Source: Bacteroidia bacterium (GTDB lineage Bacteria; Bacteroidota; Bacteroidia; AKYH767-A; OLB10). From it: 64,000 nucleotides of DNA. The notes below the pieces were generated by a model, which searched no databases, was not told the origin of the DNA, and saw nothing but the letters and a program-made list of their open reading frames with translations. The stretch is from contig JBGARN010000004.1 of the NCBI GenBank assembly GCA_044230205.1, positions 10,135 to 74,134 of the forward strand. Reading direction: 5' to 3'. The translations under genes and the position numbers were made by a program. Positions 47,997-58,149 of the stretch are shown here, one piece after another. Numbering within the stretch: the first letter of the stretch is position 1; each line of letters opens with the position of its first letter.

Positions 47997-48954
47997 GCAC
48001 ATTAAAAAGTAAAGTGAAAACACCAAGTAAAAACTGAAATGCAACAACTCCAAGCGCTGTATTAATTGAGCTGCGTTGAGCTTTAGAAAGTAGCCAAGCG
48101 TTGGCAGAACTTTTAACCCACAAATACGCAACCATTAAGAACAATACGATTGCAATGCTGCGATGTACAAATTGAACAGTCGCCAGGTTGTTAAACAAAC
48201 TTTGTATACCATCTTTTTCAAAAGCAAAGGTTACTGATTCTGCAACCCATTCATCGCCCATTTTAGGCCATGTATTATAGATGTGCCCTGCTTTTAACCC
48301 GGCAACAAATGCACCATAAATTATTTGAAGTGTTAACACCAGCAATATAGCTGTTGAAATACGCCATGCCTTATTCTGTTTTATAGTCTTTGGTGTTATG
48401 CTTTTATCTTTTAAATGTATAAGATCAAGAGCAACCCAAAACGTATATGCAAATGTTAGGAATGCAGTGAACAAATGAGCTGCCAGTCTGAAATGGCTGA
48501 CATGAGGATTATTTACCAAACCGCTTGCAACCATATACCATCCAAGGAAACCTTGCAAGCCTCCAAGAAAAAAAATGAACAGTAGTTTGTAAAGCAGTTT
48601 TCTGTCAATCCATTTTTTGTTTACGAAAAGTATGAATGGAAATATAAATACCAGCCCGATAATACGGCCGATTAAACGATGAATATATTCCCACCAGTAA
48701 ATACTCTTAAAGTCGTCAATTGTAAAATGAGCATTAATCAGCCGGTATTGTGGCGATTGCTGGTAATGAAAAAATTCCTGCTGCCATTGTTCATCATTAA
48801 GCGGAGGAAATGTACCGGTAACAATTTTCCATTGAGTTATTGAAAGGCCGCTGCCGGTAAGGCGTGTAATGCCGCCAACAATCACCATTAAAAAAATTAA
48901 TGCACAGCCTGTAAACAACCATGCGATAATTATTTTTCTTCCACGTTCAGTCAT
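47905..48954 (-). CDS. ctaA: heme A synthase (COX15/CtaA family)
   Basis: 349 aa with 8 TM helices, GGITRLTGSGLSI and conserved His pairs (EYIHR, VQFVHR). Confidence 0.85.
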   Translation of the reverse strand: MTERGRKIIIAWLFTGCALIFLMVIVGGITRLTGSGLSITQWKIVTGTFPPLNDEQWQQEFFHYQQSPQYRLINAHFTIDDFKSIYWWEYIHRLIGRIIGLVFIFPFILFVNKKWIDRKLLYKLLFIFFLGGLQGFLGWYMVASGLVNNPHVSHFRLAAHLFTAFLTFAYTFWVALDLIHLKDKSITPKTIKQNKAWRISTAILLVLTLQIIYGAFVAGLKAGHIYNTWPKMGDEWVAESVTFAFEKDGIQSLFNNLATVQFVHRSIAIVLFLMVAYLWVKSSANAWLLSKAQRSSINTALGVVAFQFLLGVFTLLFNVPIWLGVLHQAGAFVLLGAVVYQIHCLQSES

Positions 48955-49573
48955 TGTACTTATCGTTTTCCTGTTGCTTCATCAGTTGAGCAATTGCCTT
49001 CAGCTGATCATTTTCACTTTTTTCAAATGTGCCGATAATATTAGCACGTTCGGTTTGAGTTTTATTCTGGCTTAGTTTGTATTTGCCTTCCATGCGGGTT
49101 ACCGGAATTTCAAAAGCTTTAATGCCTTTAAGTAAACCATTCACATATTTTGAATCCAGCTCGCGGAATTGTTTCATATATGCTTCTTCAAAAGCATGAA
49201 TGGTTTTTTCCATTAGCTGCAGTTGTGCCGCTTCGTCTTCAATTAATTGAGGAATACCGTAACAATGAACAGCCACAAAATTCCACGTAGGCACATTTTG
49301 TTTTTTTTCGTAAAACGATGGTGAAATGTATGCGTGTGGCTCAGCAAAAATTACCAGCACTTCGCTGCCATCAAAATAGTTCCACTGTTCGTTGGCTAAA
49401 GCCATATGCGATAATAAGGTAACTTTATCATCACGTTGTTCAATTATAAATGGCAAGTGTGTGGCCAGTGGAATATTGTTTTTGGTGTTAACCACAATTC
49501 CGAAATTATACTGCTTCATAAAAGCAATCAGTTTGCTGCTGTCAGTTTCACTGAAGTGTTTCGGAATATACAT
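48947..49573 (-). CDS. FMN-binding negative transcriptional regulator (PaiB family)
   Basis: The N-terminal MYIPKHF... and HLP...GHMA-like pattern are typical of PaiB. 208 aa. Confidence 0.75.
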   Translation of the reverse strand: MYIPKHFSETDSSKLIAFMKQYNFGIVVNTKNNIPLATHLPFIIEQRDDKVTLLSHMALANEQWNYFDGSEVLVIFAEPHAYISPSFYEKKQNVPTWNFVAVHCYGIPQLIEDEAAQLQLMEKTIHAFEEAYMKQFRELDSKYVNGLLKGIKAFEIPVTRMEGKYKLSQNKTQTERANIIGTFEKSENDQLKAIAQLMKQQENDKYND

Positions 49574-49603
49574 ATATCATAAAGGTTAATAATTGAAAAG
49601 CTA

Positions 49604-50926
49604 CTATGCTTCATAAACCAATTGTTGCCTGTTGCTCACATCAGAAGTTTTTTTTTCAGCCACAGGATTTCGCACAACCAGTTGTGCAGTGTTGCGTGTT
49701 CGTTGTTCCAGCAGCAATTCGCGGTCTTTGGATAATTTATCCAGCGTAAACTGATTGTAATGCCTTATGGTATAAAGCATCAGGTTATCATTATACAGCA
49801 CGCGAAATTCTTTCTTCAGCTCATTAAGCAGCCCGGGCAACACGTATTCATCATTATCAACACAAACAGAAAAACTGATGGCAGAGTTTTGCATAAGGTG
49901 AATTTTTACACCGGCTTTTGCAAAAATTCCGAATATTTTACTCAGGCTTTCTTCAGCAATAAATGAAAAGTCTTTTGCCTCAATGCTGATAAGTACCTGG
50001 TTGGATTTGAAAATATACGATGGAATAAAAGGCTTGGTAGGCAAGTCTTTACCGATTATGGTTCCTGAACTGTCGGGCTTGATAAAAGACTTTACAAACA
50101 GGGGAATATTCTTGTTTTCGAGTGGCTTAATAGTTTTAGGATGAATTACCGTAGCACCATAGTAAGTCAGCTCAATGGCATCATGGTAGCTAATCTGTTC
50201 AAGTTTTTGAGCATCTTCAAAAAATTTGGGGTCAGCATTCAGTACACCCGAAACGTCTTTCCAAATAGTAACCGATTCGGCATTGAGGCAATGTGCAAAA
50301 ATTGCTGCCGTATAATCACTGCCTTCGCGGCCAAGTGTGGTGGTGTAATTTTCGGAAGTGCCACCGATAAAACCCTGAACAATGATTACGTTGTTCTGAT
50401 CCTCAAGGTTTGAAGCCACAACCTCATTAACCATTTTATCAGTTTCCGGCCAGTTGATATTTCCTGAACGGTAATTATTATCGGTGCGGATGCAGCTGCG
50501 TGCATCAATCCATTTATTTTTTACACCATTATCATTTAAATAAGCGCTAACAATGGCAGTAGAAACCAACTCGCCAATGGATACTATCTGATCATAAACA
50601 AATCCATAAGTGCGTGGTTCTTCTTCCAGCACCCAGTCAATCTCAACAAAAAAATTATTTACTGTGGTAAATACCTCGTGGTTGGGCTTGAAAAGTTTTT
50701 TCATGATAGCCATATGAAACTCCCTAACCTCAGTAAGGCATTTAGCGGCATCATCTGATTTATGATAATAGGCATTAACCACTTTTTCTAATCCGTTAGT
50801 GGTTTTTCCCATTGCCGAGATTACTATTACTAATTCTTCTCCCACAAATTTTCTAATGATATCGGCTACATTTTTAACTGCCTCGGCATCTTTAACTGAT
50901 GCACCACCGAATTTAAATACTTTCAT
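49604..50926 (-). CDS. lysC: aspartate kinase
   Basis: MKVFKFGGASV, VISAMGKTTN, LGREGSDYTAA and C-terminal ACT-like repeats. Confidence 0.9.
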   Translation of the reverse strand: MKVFKFGGASVKDAEAVKNVADIIRKFVGEELVIVISAMGKTTNGLEKVVNAYYHKSDDAAKCLTEVREFHMAIMKKLFKPNHEVFTTVNNFFVEIDWVLEEEPRTYGFVYDQIVSIGELVSTAIVSAYLNDNGVKNKWIDARSCIRTDNNYRSGNINWPETDKMVNEVVASNLEDQNNVIIVQGFIGGTSENYTTTLGREGSDYTAAIFAHCLNAESVTIWKDVSGVLNADPKFFEDAQKLEQISYHDAIELTYYGATVIHPKTIKPLENKNIPLFVKSFIKPDSSGTIIGKDLPTKPFIPSYIFKSNQVLISIEAKDFSFIAEESLSKIFGIFAKAGVKIHLMQNSAISFSVCVDNDEYVLPGLLNELKKEFRVLYNDNLMLYTIRHYNQFTLDKLSKDRELLLEQRTRNTAQLVVRNPVAEKKTSDVSNRQQLVYEA

Positions 50927-51149
50927 TTTTCTTAAAGATATAACAGGTCGCTTTTTTACCGAATAACACTCAGTGTTTATAATTGCGGCTGCGAAAGTAA
51001 TTTTTAAAAAGAAATATTTATTGGTACCACTCTGCTATAACCTATAACTGTCTAATTTTCTGGTATTTTCAGTTTAATCAGCCAGCTCGCGGTTTTCAAT
51101 CCTTTTTTGGATTAATGACTAAAGTTGCTTTCAGCTGATTACAATAAAA

Positions 51150-51518
51150 TTAAAGATTCCTGTCCATCAATTTGTAATAGGAAAGGAATACAATGGAAAG
51201 CAGTGCTGAAAAAATCAGCTCGATATAATTGACATCATTAATAAACGTGCGCATAATTTCATTGCTGCAAAACACAAGTGTAAATAACACTGCGCCCCAT
51301 TTTTTCATATGCCAGACACCAACAAGAGCAATAAACCGCAACGAAATAATTGTTCCGAAAAGGGCAGGATAACCAATTCCTAATTGCTTGATAAAAGGGG
51401 AAAAAATATTAGGAAAGGAAATTAATATACCCACGTAACCCAAAATACAGGCAATGGAAATAAGTACGGGGCGCTTTTGTGCAACTATCAAGGGATCTGA
51501 TATTTTAAGATAAACCAA
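51150..51518 (-). CDS. small 4-TM membrane protein, unknown function
   Basis: Only the hydrophobic helix pattern supports this call. The start codon is uncertain (TTG in the track). Confidence 0.35.
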   Translation of the reverse strand: MVYLKISDPLIVAQKRPVLISIACILGYVGILISFPNIFSPFIKQLGIGYPALFGTIISLRFIALVGVWHMKKWGAVLFTLVFCSNEIMRTFINDVNYIELIFSALLSIVFLSYYKLMDRNL

Positions 51519-51530
51519 ATTTTATAACAA

Positions 51531-52787
51531 TTAATTGCTTCTGATGGCTTCCACGGGATCTAACTGTGAGGCTGTATAGGCCGGAATAAATCCGCTGATC
51601 ACACCAATCTGCACAGATATAGTCAGCGCCAGAACAATATTAGCAAGGTTTAGCGTTACCGGAAAAGGCAACACATCCATGTATGTTAAAACCTCGGTAC
51701 CTGCGTACACCATCAGCAATCCCATTGTTCCGCCAAGCAGGCATAACAGCACACCTTCAAATAAAAACTGAAGCAGTATGAAATAATTTTTTGCACCTAA
51801 TGATTTCTGGATACCGATAAGGTTGGTACGTTCTTTTACAGAAACAAAAAGAATATTGGCAATTCCAAATCCCCCTACAAGTATTGAAAATCCGCCAATC
51901 ACCCATCCTGCAATATTAAGTACATCAAAAATTCCGGTTATACTTTGTATAAGCATCTTCGATTCATTAATGGCAAAATTATCCTCGTCCATTGGACGCA
52001 ACCTGCGCACCGAACGCATGGCTACACGCAACTCTTCCACCAAAGCATCATTACTGATATTATCTTTTCCTTTTGCATAAATAAAAGGCTGCAGACTTTC
52101 TGAATTTAAGTCGAGAATATTTCTGCCGTAATTGATAGGAGCCAGCACCAGGTTATCAAAATCTTCACCCAGTGCATCATCACCTTTTTTCTTAAACACG
52201 CCTATAATGGTAAGCTTGCGTCCACGTGCAGTTAGTTGCTGCCCAACCGGGTTCATAAACGGAAACAGGTTTTGAGCTATTTCATGACCTATAATGCAAA
52301 CCGGGCGACCTGCCGCTGATTCGATATCGGTAAAATACCGGCCCTGTGAAAGTTCGAATGCATTTACCTGGTAGAAATCATGCGAAGCAAAGAGTATGGT
52401 TGCGCCTTCGGCAGTGGAGCTGTTGTATTTTAAAACCTGGTTATCGGCCACCACCTGGAACACAAAAGTTTTAAAACTGGTGGTGCGGTATTCCAGTTGC
52501 TCCATTTCTTTTATGGTTGGCAATGGACGCTTAAAATATTTCCACCAGGCATAGTTAGGATCGGTAAATGTCCATGGCCATTTTTGAACATACAATGTAT
52601 TATCGCCCAATGACTTTATGCTGTCGCTGATGCTTTTTTGCAAAGCATCAACAAACGTAAACACAGCTATAATTGCAAATATGCCAATGCTGACACCGAG
52701 CAATGATAAAAAGGTGCGCAGTTTGTTTACACGCATGGCATGTAATGCAAACTGTAAGCTTTCATTAAAGAGTTTTAGAAAAAGCAT
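51531..52787 (-). CDS. ABC transporter permease, MacB/FtsX-type (no adjacent ATPase gene)
   Basis: 418 aa with an N-terminal TM, a MacB-type periplasmic domain and a C-terminal FtsX 3-TM domain (KERTNLIGIQKSLGA). Confidence 0.8.
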   Translation of the reverse strand: MLFLKLFNESLQFALHAMRVNKLRTFLSLLGVSIGIFAIIAVFTFVDALQKSISDSIKSLGDNTLYVQKWPWTFTDPNYAWWKYFKRPLPTIKEMEQLEYRTTSFKTFVFQVVADNQVLKYNSSTAEGATILFASHDFYQVNAFELSQGRYFTDIESAAGRPVCIIGHEIAQNLFPFMNPVGQQLTARGRKLTIIGVFKKKGDDALGEDFDNLVLAPINYGRNILDLNSESLQPFIYAKGKDNISNDALVEELRVAMRSVRRLRPMDEDNFAINESKMLIQSITGIFDVLNIAGWVIGGFSILVGGFGIANILFVSVKERTNLIGIQKSLGAKNYFILLQFLFEGVLLCLLGGTMGLLMVYAGTEVLTYMDVLPFPVTLNLANIVLALTISVQIGVISGFIPAYTASQLDPVEAIRSN

Positions 52788-52947
52788 GCTTTATTTTTGA
52801 TGTGTCGATTTTTTTTAATGTGCTGATGTGTCGATGTAAAAATGTGCTGATTTACAGATCGCATTAAATCTCTAAGTTTTATTTATCTTTTTAGACAAAT
52901 GTAATTTCTTATTGTTACACACATCATTGGTGCAGGGACTTTTAGCA

Positions 52948-53733
52948 TTAAACATAAATCTCGCCAATCATATACAATCGTGCATTACCGCTCAGCAGCA
53001 CTCTATCACCTGCCAATTCACAAATTAAATCACCACCCCGTTTGCTGATTTGTTTAGCTTTAAGCTTAGGCTTGCCAAGCCTGGCTGCCCAATAGGGAGT
53101 AAATTTTGTGTGTGCTGAACCTGTTACCGGGTCTTCATTAACTCCTGAAGATGGAAAAAAGCAGCGCGATACAAAATCAACATCATTGCCCGGTGCTGTG
53201 GTGATTACACCATGCTTCGAAACTTTTTTCAAAGCTTCAAAATCAGGTTGAAGATTTTCAATTTCTTTTTGTGATTTGAATATGGCCACCAAATCATTTT
53301 TATGCCAGAATAATTCAACAGGTTCACCACCCAAAGCCAATGCCACATCAGCACGAAGTTCAGTTGGTGTTAGTGGTGAAGCAGGGAAATCAAGTGTAAG
53401 CATTTCGCCATACTTTTTTACAGTTAACAGTCCGCTCAGCGATTGGAACTCAATTTTATCTCCTTTAAAACCTAAACAATTAAAAAGCACAAATGCTGAA
53501 GCAAGCGTTGCATGCCCGCACAATTCAACTTCAACTTCAGGTGTAAACCAGCGTATGCGGTAGCCGTTATTTTCTTTTACAAAAAATACAGTTTCAGCCA
53601 GGTTATTTTCTGCAGCAATTTGCTGCATCAGATCATCAGTTAACCATTCTTCTAAAGGAACCACTGCTGCAGGGTTACCGCCAAAAAGTTTATCAGTAAA
53701 TGCATCTATGTGGTAAAGTTTATAGGTATTCAT
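52948..53733 (-). CDS. PhzF-family isomerase
   Basis: 261 aa with HIDAFTDKLFGGNPAAV, CGHATLA and DPVTGSAH motifs. Confidence 0.85.
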   Translation of the reverse strand: MNTYKLYHIDAFTDKLFGGNPAAVVPLEEWLTDDLMQQIAAENNLAETVFFVKENNGYRIRWFTPEVEVELCGHATLASAFVLFNCLGFKGDKIEFQSLSGLLTVKKYGEMLTLDFPASPLTPTELRADVALALGGEPVELFWHKNDLVAIFKSQKEIENLQPDFEALKKVSKHGVITTAPGNDVDFVSRCFFPSSGVNEDPVTGSAHTKFTPYWAARLGKPKLKAKQISKRGGDLICELAGDRVLLSGNARLYMIGEIYV

Positions 53734-53958
53734 TTTGATTTGAAATTTTATTCAATCACAATGATTAGAAAATATTTTGGTTGTTTATGGTTTTGAGAAA
53801 TTGATTTATCCGTGAATTGTTATGTTCCTGAAATTTGATGGTTTAAAAAAAAGACCATTTGCATCTTGATAATTGTGAGTACCAAAACTTCAGGCACGAA
53901 ACCGTTTTTCTTTGTTGCGCAATGCTTTTTAATTCTCTAACATTGCAGTGGTTTTTTA

Positions 53959-55539
53959 ATGGCCTTAATGAGCTCCTCCAAAATAATTAAATCTGCGCTT
54001 ATTTCAGTTTATCACAAAGACGGCTTAGCTCCTGTAATTGAGGCTTTGCATGCCCTTGGTGTAACTTTATATGCTACCGGTGGCACGCAAACTTTTATTG
54101 AGGAAATGAAAATTCCAGTAGTGCCGGTTGAAGATTTAACTGCTTATCCTTCTATTCTTGGTGGCAGGGTTAAAACCTTACACCCTAAAATTTTTGGTGG
54201 AATACTGAGCCGAAGGGCTAATGCCGAGGATATTGCTCAGATTGAGGAATACGAAATCCCTGAGTTGGATCTGGTGATTGTTGATCTTTATCCTTTTGAA
54301 GACACGGTAAAAGAAATCGCAGCAAACAGCTCCCTCTCCTTTGTAGAGGGCAAGGGTGAGGATACAATTATTGAAAAGATTGACATCGGGGGCATTTCAT
54401 TGATCAGGGCTGCTGCAAAAAACTTCAGTGATGTGGTGATCATTCCATCCTTGAATGATTACAGCTGGTTGCTGAGTGTACTTAAGGAACAAAAGGGCGA
54501 AACTACCATAGAGCAGCGCAAAATGCAGGCTGCAAAGGCATTTGCAGTTTCATCTCATTATGATACAGCTATTTATAAGTGGTTTGCGGGTTCACTGCCG
54601 AAAGAAGAAGGCCGGGTTGAGGTCTTTAAGCAAAGTATTATGACTTCAATGCCATTGCGTTATGGCGAGAATCCGCATCAGAGGGGAACGTTTTTTGGCA
54701 ATATGGATGAGGTGTTTGAAAAGCTGACAGGGAAAGAATTATCGTACAATAACCTGCTGGACATTGATGCCGCAATAAGTTTGATGGCTGAGTTTGAAGA
54801 GCCAACTATTGCCATCCTTAAGCATAATAATGCCTGTGGGTGTGCTTCGCGAAATGACCTTGCCGATGCATGGCAGGCTGCCCTGGCTGGCGACCCGATA
54901 AGTGCTTTTGGTGGCGTGATTATTGCCAACAGAAAAATCAATGCAGCTGTTGCTGCTGAAATGAATAAATTGTTTTTTGAAGTTTTAATTGCACCTGGTT
55001 TTGAAAAAGAAGCAATAGCGTTGCTTACAGAAAAGAAAAACAGGATTTTATTGCAGCTGAAAAAATTTGAATACCCCCAACAGCAATTCCGAACAGTACT
55101 GAATGGTGTTTTAATTCAGGACAGAGATCTTGAATTAGGGCTTGAACAGGCAAAAGTGGTTACATCCAAATCGCCCAATGAAACAGAAAAAAGCGACCTT
55201 GCTTTTGCTATGAAGATTTGCAAGCACAGTAAATCAAATACCATAGTTCTTGTTAAAAACAAACAGTTGCTTGGCAGTGGTGTAGGAATGACATCGCGTG
55301 TGGATGCCCTTAAACATGCAATTGCCAAAGCAAATGAGTTTGGCTTCAGCTTGAATGGTGCCGGCATGGCAAGCGATGCATTTTTCCCCTTCCCTGATTG
55401 TGTAGAGATTGCTGGTAATGCCGGCATCAGGTCGGTGATACACCCGGGTGGTTCTATAAAAGATCAGTTGTCCATTGACTATTGCAATAAGCATGACATG
55501 GCCATGATGATTACAGGTGTTAGACATTTTAAACATTAA
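53959..55539 (+). CDS. purH: bifunctional AICAR transformylase / IMP cyclohydrolase
   Basis: ALISVYHKDGL, GGRVKTLHP, DLYPF and C-terminal RHFKH. The start may be the internal Met at 53968. Confidence 0.95.
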   Translation: MALMSSSKIIKSALISVYHKDGLAPVIEALHALGVTLYATGGTQTFIEEMKIPVVPVEDLTAYPSILGGRVKTLHPKIFGGILSRRANAEDIAQIEEYEIPELDLVIVDLYPFEDTVKEIAANSSLSFVEGKGEDTIIEKIDIGGISLIRAAAKNFSDVVIIPSLNDYSWLLSVLKEQKGETTIEQRKMQAAKAFAVSSHYDTAIYKWFAGSLPKEEGRVEVFKQSIMTSMPLRYGENPHQRGTFFGNMDEVFEKLTGKELSYNNLLDIDAAISLMAEFEEPTIAILKHNNACGCASRNDLADAWQAALAGDPISAFGGVIIANRKINAAVAAEMNKLFFEVLIAPGFEKEAIALLTEKKNRILLQLKKFEYPQQQFRTVLNGVLIQDRDLELGLEQAKVVTSKSPNETEKSDLAFAMKICKHSKSNTIVLVKNKQLLGSGVGMTSRVDALKHAIAKANEFGFSLNGAGMASDAFFPFPDCVEIAGNAGIRSVIHPGGSIKDQLSIDYCNKHDMAMMITGVRHFKH

Positions 55540-55672
55540 GCTTCATAAGCTGTATCGGCAGGTTGTAATGTTTAGTTTTTTGGAAAAAAAAATAATAATC
55601 ACAGATAAGAAATTTCATATTTGCGCATTAATAATAGTAAATCAGTAAGAATAAAATAAGCGAGACAAATAC

Positions 55673-56695
55673 ATGGGACTATTTGATATACTCACGCAGG
55701 AAATTGCAATTGACCTGGGAACCGCCAATACACTTATTATTCACAATGATAAAGTAGTAGTGGATGAGCCTTCAATTGTGGCTATTGACCGTACATCGGG
55801 CAAAGTGCTTGCAGTGGGCAAGCAGGCGCAGATGATGCATGGTAAAACCCATGAAAATATCAAAACCGTTCGTCCTTTAAAGGATGGCGTAATTGCCGAT
55901 TTTGATGCAGCCGAGCACATGATACGCGGCATGATTAAAATGATAAATCTTGGAAGCAAGGTTTTTCAGCCTTCGCTGCGCATGGTAATTTGCATTCCAT
56001 CGGGTATTACCGAAGTTGAAAAACGTGCAGTACGTGATTCGGCCGAACATGCCGGAGCAAAAGAAGTTTACCTGATTCATGAGCCCATGGCTGCAGCAAT
56101 AGGTATTGGTATTGATGTGGAGGAGCCTATGGGCAACATGATTATTGATATTGGTGGTGGTACCAGCGAAATTGCAGTTATAGCTTTGGGAGGTATTGTG
56201 TGCGATCAGTCTATTCGTGTAGCTGGCGATGGCTTTACATCGGATATTTGGGACTATATGCGCAGGCAGCATAACATATTAATCGGTGAGCGCAGTGCAG
56301 AGCGCATTAAAATTGAAGTAGGCTCTGCATTACCAGAACTGGAAAATCCTCCCTCAGATTTTGCAGTGCATGGTCGCGACCTTATGAATGGTATACCGAA
56401 AGAAATTACAGTTTCATATACCGAGGTTGCACATGCTCTTGATAAATCAATTTCGAAAATTGAAGAGGCTATTTTGAAAGCGCTTGAAATGACACCTCCT
56501 GAATTAAGCGCTGATATTTACCGCACCGGAATCTATCTTACAGGTGGTGGTGCTTTGCTGCGCGGCCTGGATAAGCGCATTTCAATGAAAACAAAATTGC
56601 CTGTGCATGTTGCCGAAGATCCGCTTCGCGCAGTGGTACGTGGCACCGGCATAGCTTTAAAAAATATCGGCCGCTTTAAATTCCTCATTCCGTAA
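55673..56695 (+). CDS. mreB: rod shape-determining protein MreB
   Basis: 340 aa with actin-fold motifs (IDLGTANT, IDIGGGTSE, LTGGGALLRGLD). Confidence 0.95.
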   Translation: MGLFDILTQEIAIDLGTANTLIIHNDKVVVDEPSIVAIDRTSGKVLAVGKQAQMMHGKTHENIKTVRPLKDGVIADFDAAEHMIRGMIKMINLGSKVFQPSLRMVICIPSGITEVEKRAVRDSAEHAGAKEVYLIHEPMAAAIGIGIDVEEPMGNMIIDIGGGTSEIAVIALGGIVCDQSIRVAGDGFTSDIWDYMRRQHNILIGERSAERIKIEVGSALPELENPPSDFAVHGRDLMNGIPKEITVSYTEVAHALDKSISKIEEAILKALEMTPPELSADIYRTGIYLTGGGALLRGLDKRISMKTKLPVHVAEDPLRAVVRGTGIALKNIGRFKFLIP

Positions 56696-56798
56696 ACGTA
56701 TTATATCATTCACAATCAGCAGTTGGCAACTGCACGGTTGCTGCAGTTAATTGCAGGTATTGTTTGAATATTTTTGCTGATCAATTGCAAAAGCACAC

Positions 56799-57641
56799 AT
56801 GCGCAATCTGTTTCTACTCATCTGGCAAAATAATTTTTTTATACTCTTTATCCTGTTACAGGGGGTTAGTTTTTACCTGATAGTTGATGAACAAAAGTTC
56901 CACCAGGCTTCGGTATTAAACTCTGCAAACTCAACGGTGGCAAACATCATGGCAACGGTAAACCAGGCTAAAGATTACCTGGCATTGCGTGAAAACAATG
57001 AATTGCTCGCTGCTGAAAATGCTGAGCTGAAAAAAACGGACAGCACCAAATTTTTTGACCTAAGTACACAACAAGCAGTTGTTACTGATACTAATTATCT
57101 TATTCAATATACTTATACGGTAGCCAAAGTGGTAAATAACAACTTTAATAAACGCAACAATTTTCTTACGCTTAATAAAGGCACTAAGAATGGAGTTTAT
57201 CCTGATATGGGTGTAATATCAGCAGCAGGAGTTGTAGGAGTGGTTAAAGATGTTTCGGAGCATTTTGCTACTGTACAGTCCATATTGCATTCAAAAACAA
57301 AAGCAAGCGTTAGACTTAAAAATGGATTCTACGGGCCTTTAACCTGGGATGGAACCGATCCGCGTTTTGCAACGCTTAGTGACATATCGGCTAATGTGCA
57401 GGTGCATAAAGGTGATACCGTCATTACTACCTCATTTTCAACTTTATTTCCTGAAGGAGTAATGGTGGGCCGTGTAGAAAAAGTTGAAGCAAATCCCGGT
57501 GGCGATTACCTGAAGATAACAGTTCGTCTTTCTACGAATTTTAATAACCTCAGTTACGTGTATGTGGTTAACAATAAACTAAAATTAGAACAGCAAAAAC
57601 TGGAAGCTAAAACTGATTCGATAGATAAGAATGCTAATTGA
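56799..57641 (+). CDS. mreC: rod shape-determining protein MreC
   Basis: N-terminal TM, a coiled coil (LLAAENAELKK) and a beta-rich domain (GVVGVVKDV....A.VQ). It sits between mreB and mreD. Confidence 0.85.
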   Translation: MRNLFLLIWQNNFFILFILLQGVSFYLIVDEQKFHQASVLNSANSTVANIMATVNQAKDYLALRENNELLAAENAELKKTDSTKFFDLSTQQAVVTDTNYLIQYTYTVAKVVNNNFNKRNNFLTLNKGTKNGVYPDMGVISAAGVVGVVKDVSEHFATVQSILHSKTKASVRLKNGFYGPLTWDGTDPRFATLSDISANVQVHKGDTVITTSFSTLFPEGVMVGRVEKVEANPGGDYLKITVRLSTNFNNLSYVYVVNNKLKLEQQKLEAKTDSIDKNAN

Positions 57642-58149
57642 GGTATTAAAAATATTACTTCGTTTTGTTGTACTGGTGCTGGTGCAGGTTACCATCTTGA
57701 ATAACATTCAGCTTAGCGGGCTTATTAATCCGTATTTATATGTAATGTTTATCCTGGTATTACCATTCAGCATGTCACGCTCATTGGTTATGTTGTTCGC
57801 TATGATAACGGGCGTAGTAGTAGGAGTATTTACCAACACTGCCGGTTTACATGCAGCTGCCTGTGTTACGATGGCATTTGTAAGACCCGGTATTCTAAAG
57901 CTGCTCTCGCCCCGTGAAGGCTATGAAGCTGAAACCAAACCCACTATCAAGTACATGGGATTCCGATGGTTTTTAATTTATGCTGCCATCCTCGTTTTTA
58001 TTCATCACCTGGTTTTATTTTTTCTCGAGGTTTTTCGTTTTAACGAATTTGTTACAACAATAACCCGTGTAGTATTAAGCAGTTTTTTCACACTGCTGCT
58101 GATGATTATCTCCCAGTATTTATTCAGCAAAACAAAATCTGAACGATGA
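57631..58149 (+). CDS. mreD: rod shape-determining protein MreD
   Basis: 172-aa polytopic membrane protein. It overlaps mreC by 11 nt and mrdA by 4 nt. The call rests on position and topology. Confidence 0.75.
   Translation: MLIEVLKILLRFVVLVLVQVTILNNIQLSGLINPYLYVMFILVLPFSMSRSLVMLFAMITGVVVGVFTNTAGLHAAACVTMAFVRPGILKLLSPREGYEAETKPTIKYMGFRWFLIYAAILVFIHHLVLFFLEVFRFNEFVTTITRVVLSSFFTLLLMIISQYLFSKTKSER

Noticed and set aside
50927-51149. Lysine (L-box) riboswitch upstream of aspartate kinase lysC.
   Set aside because: I could recognise no conserved L-box core elements or multi-stem junction on the minus strand. Only short unrelated inverted repeats are present.
53734-53958. ZTP (pfl) riboswitch, which is often found upstream of purH.
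   Set aside because: The conserved GGGUCGUGAC…CCGCCUGGGC-type elements are absent from the 225-bp leader. Only weak AT-rich hairpins are present.
56720-56760. Cluster of short palindromes (GCAGTTGGCAACTGC, CTGCAGTTAATTGCAG) between mreB and mreC, considered as a terminator or attenuator.
   Set aside because: The stems are only 5-6 bp and no U-tract follows. mreB and mreC are normally co-transcribed. This is too weak to call.
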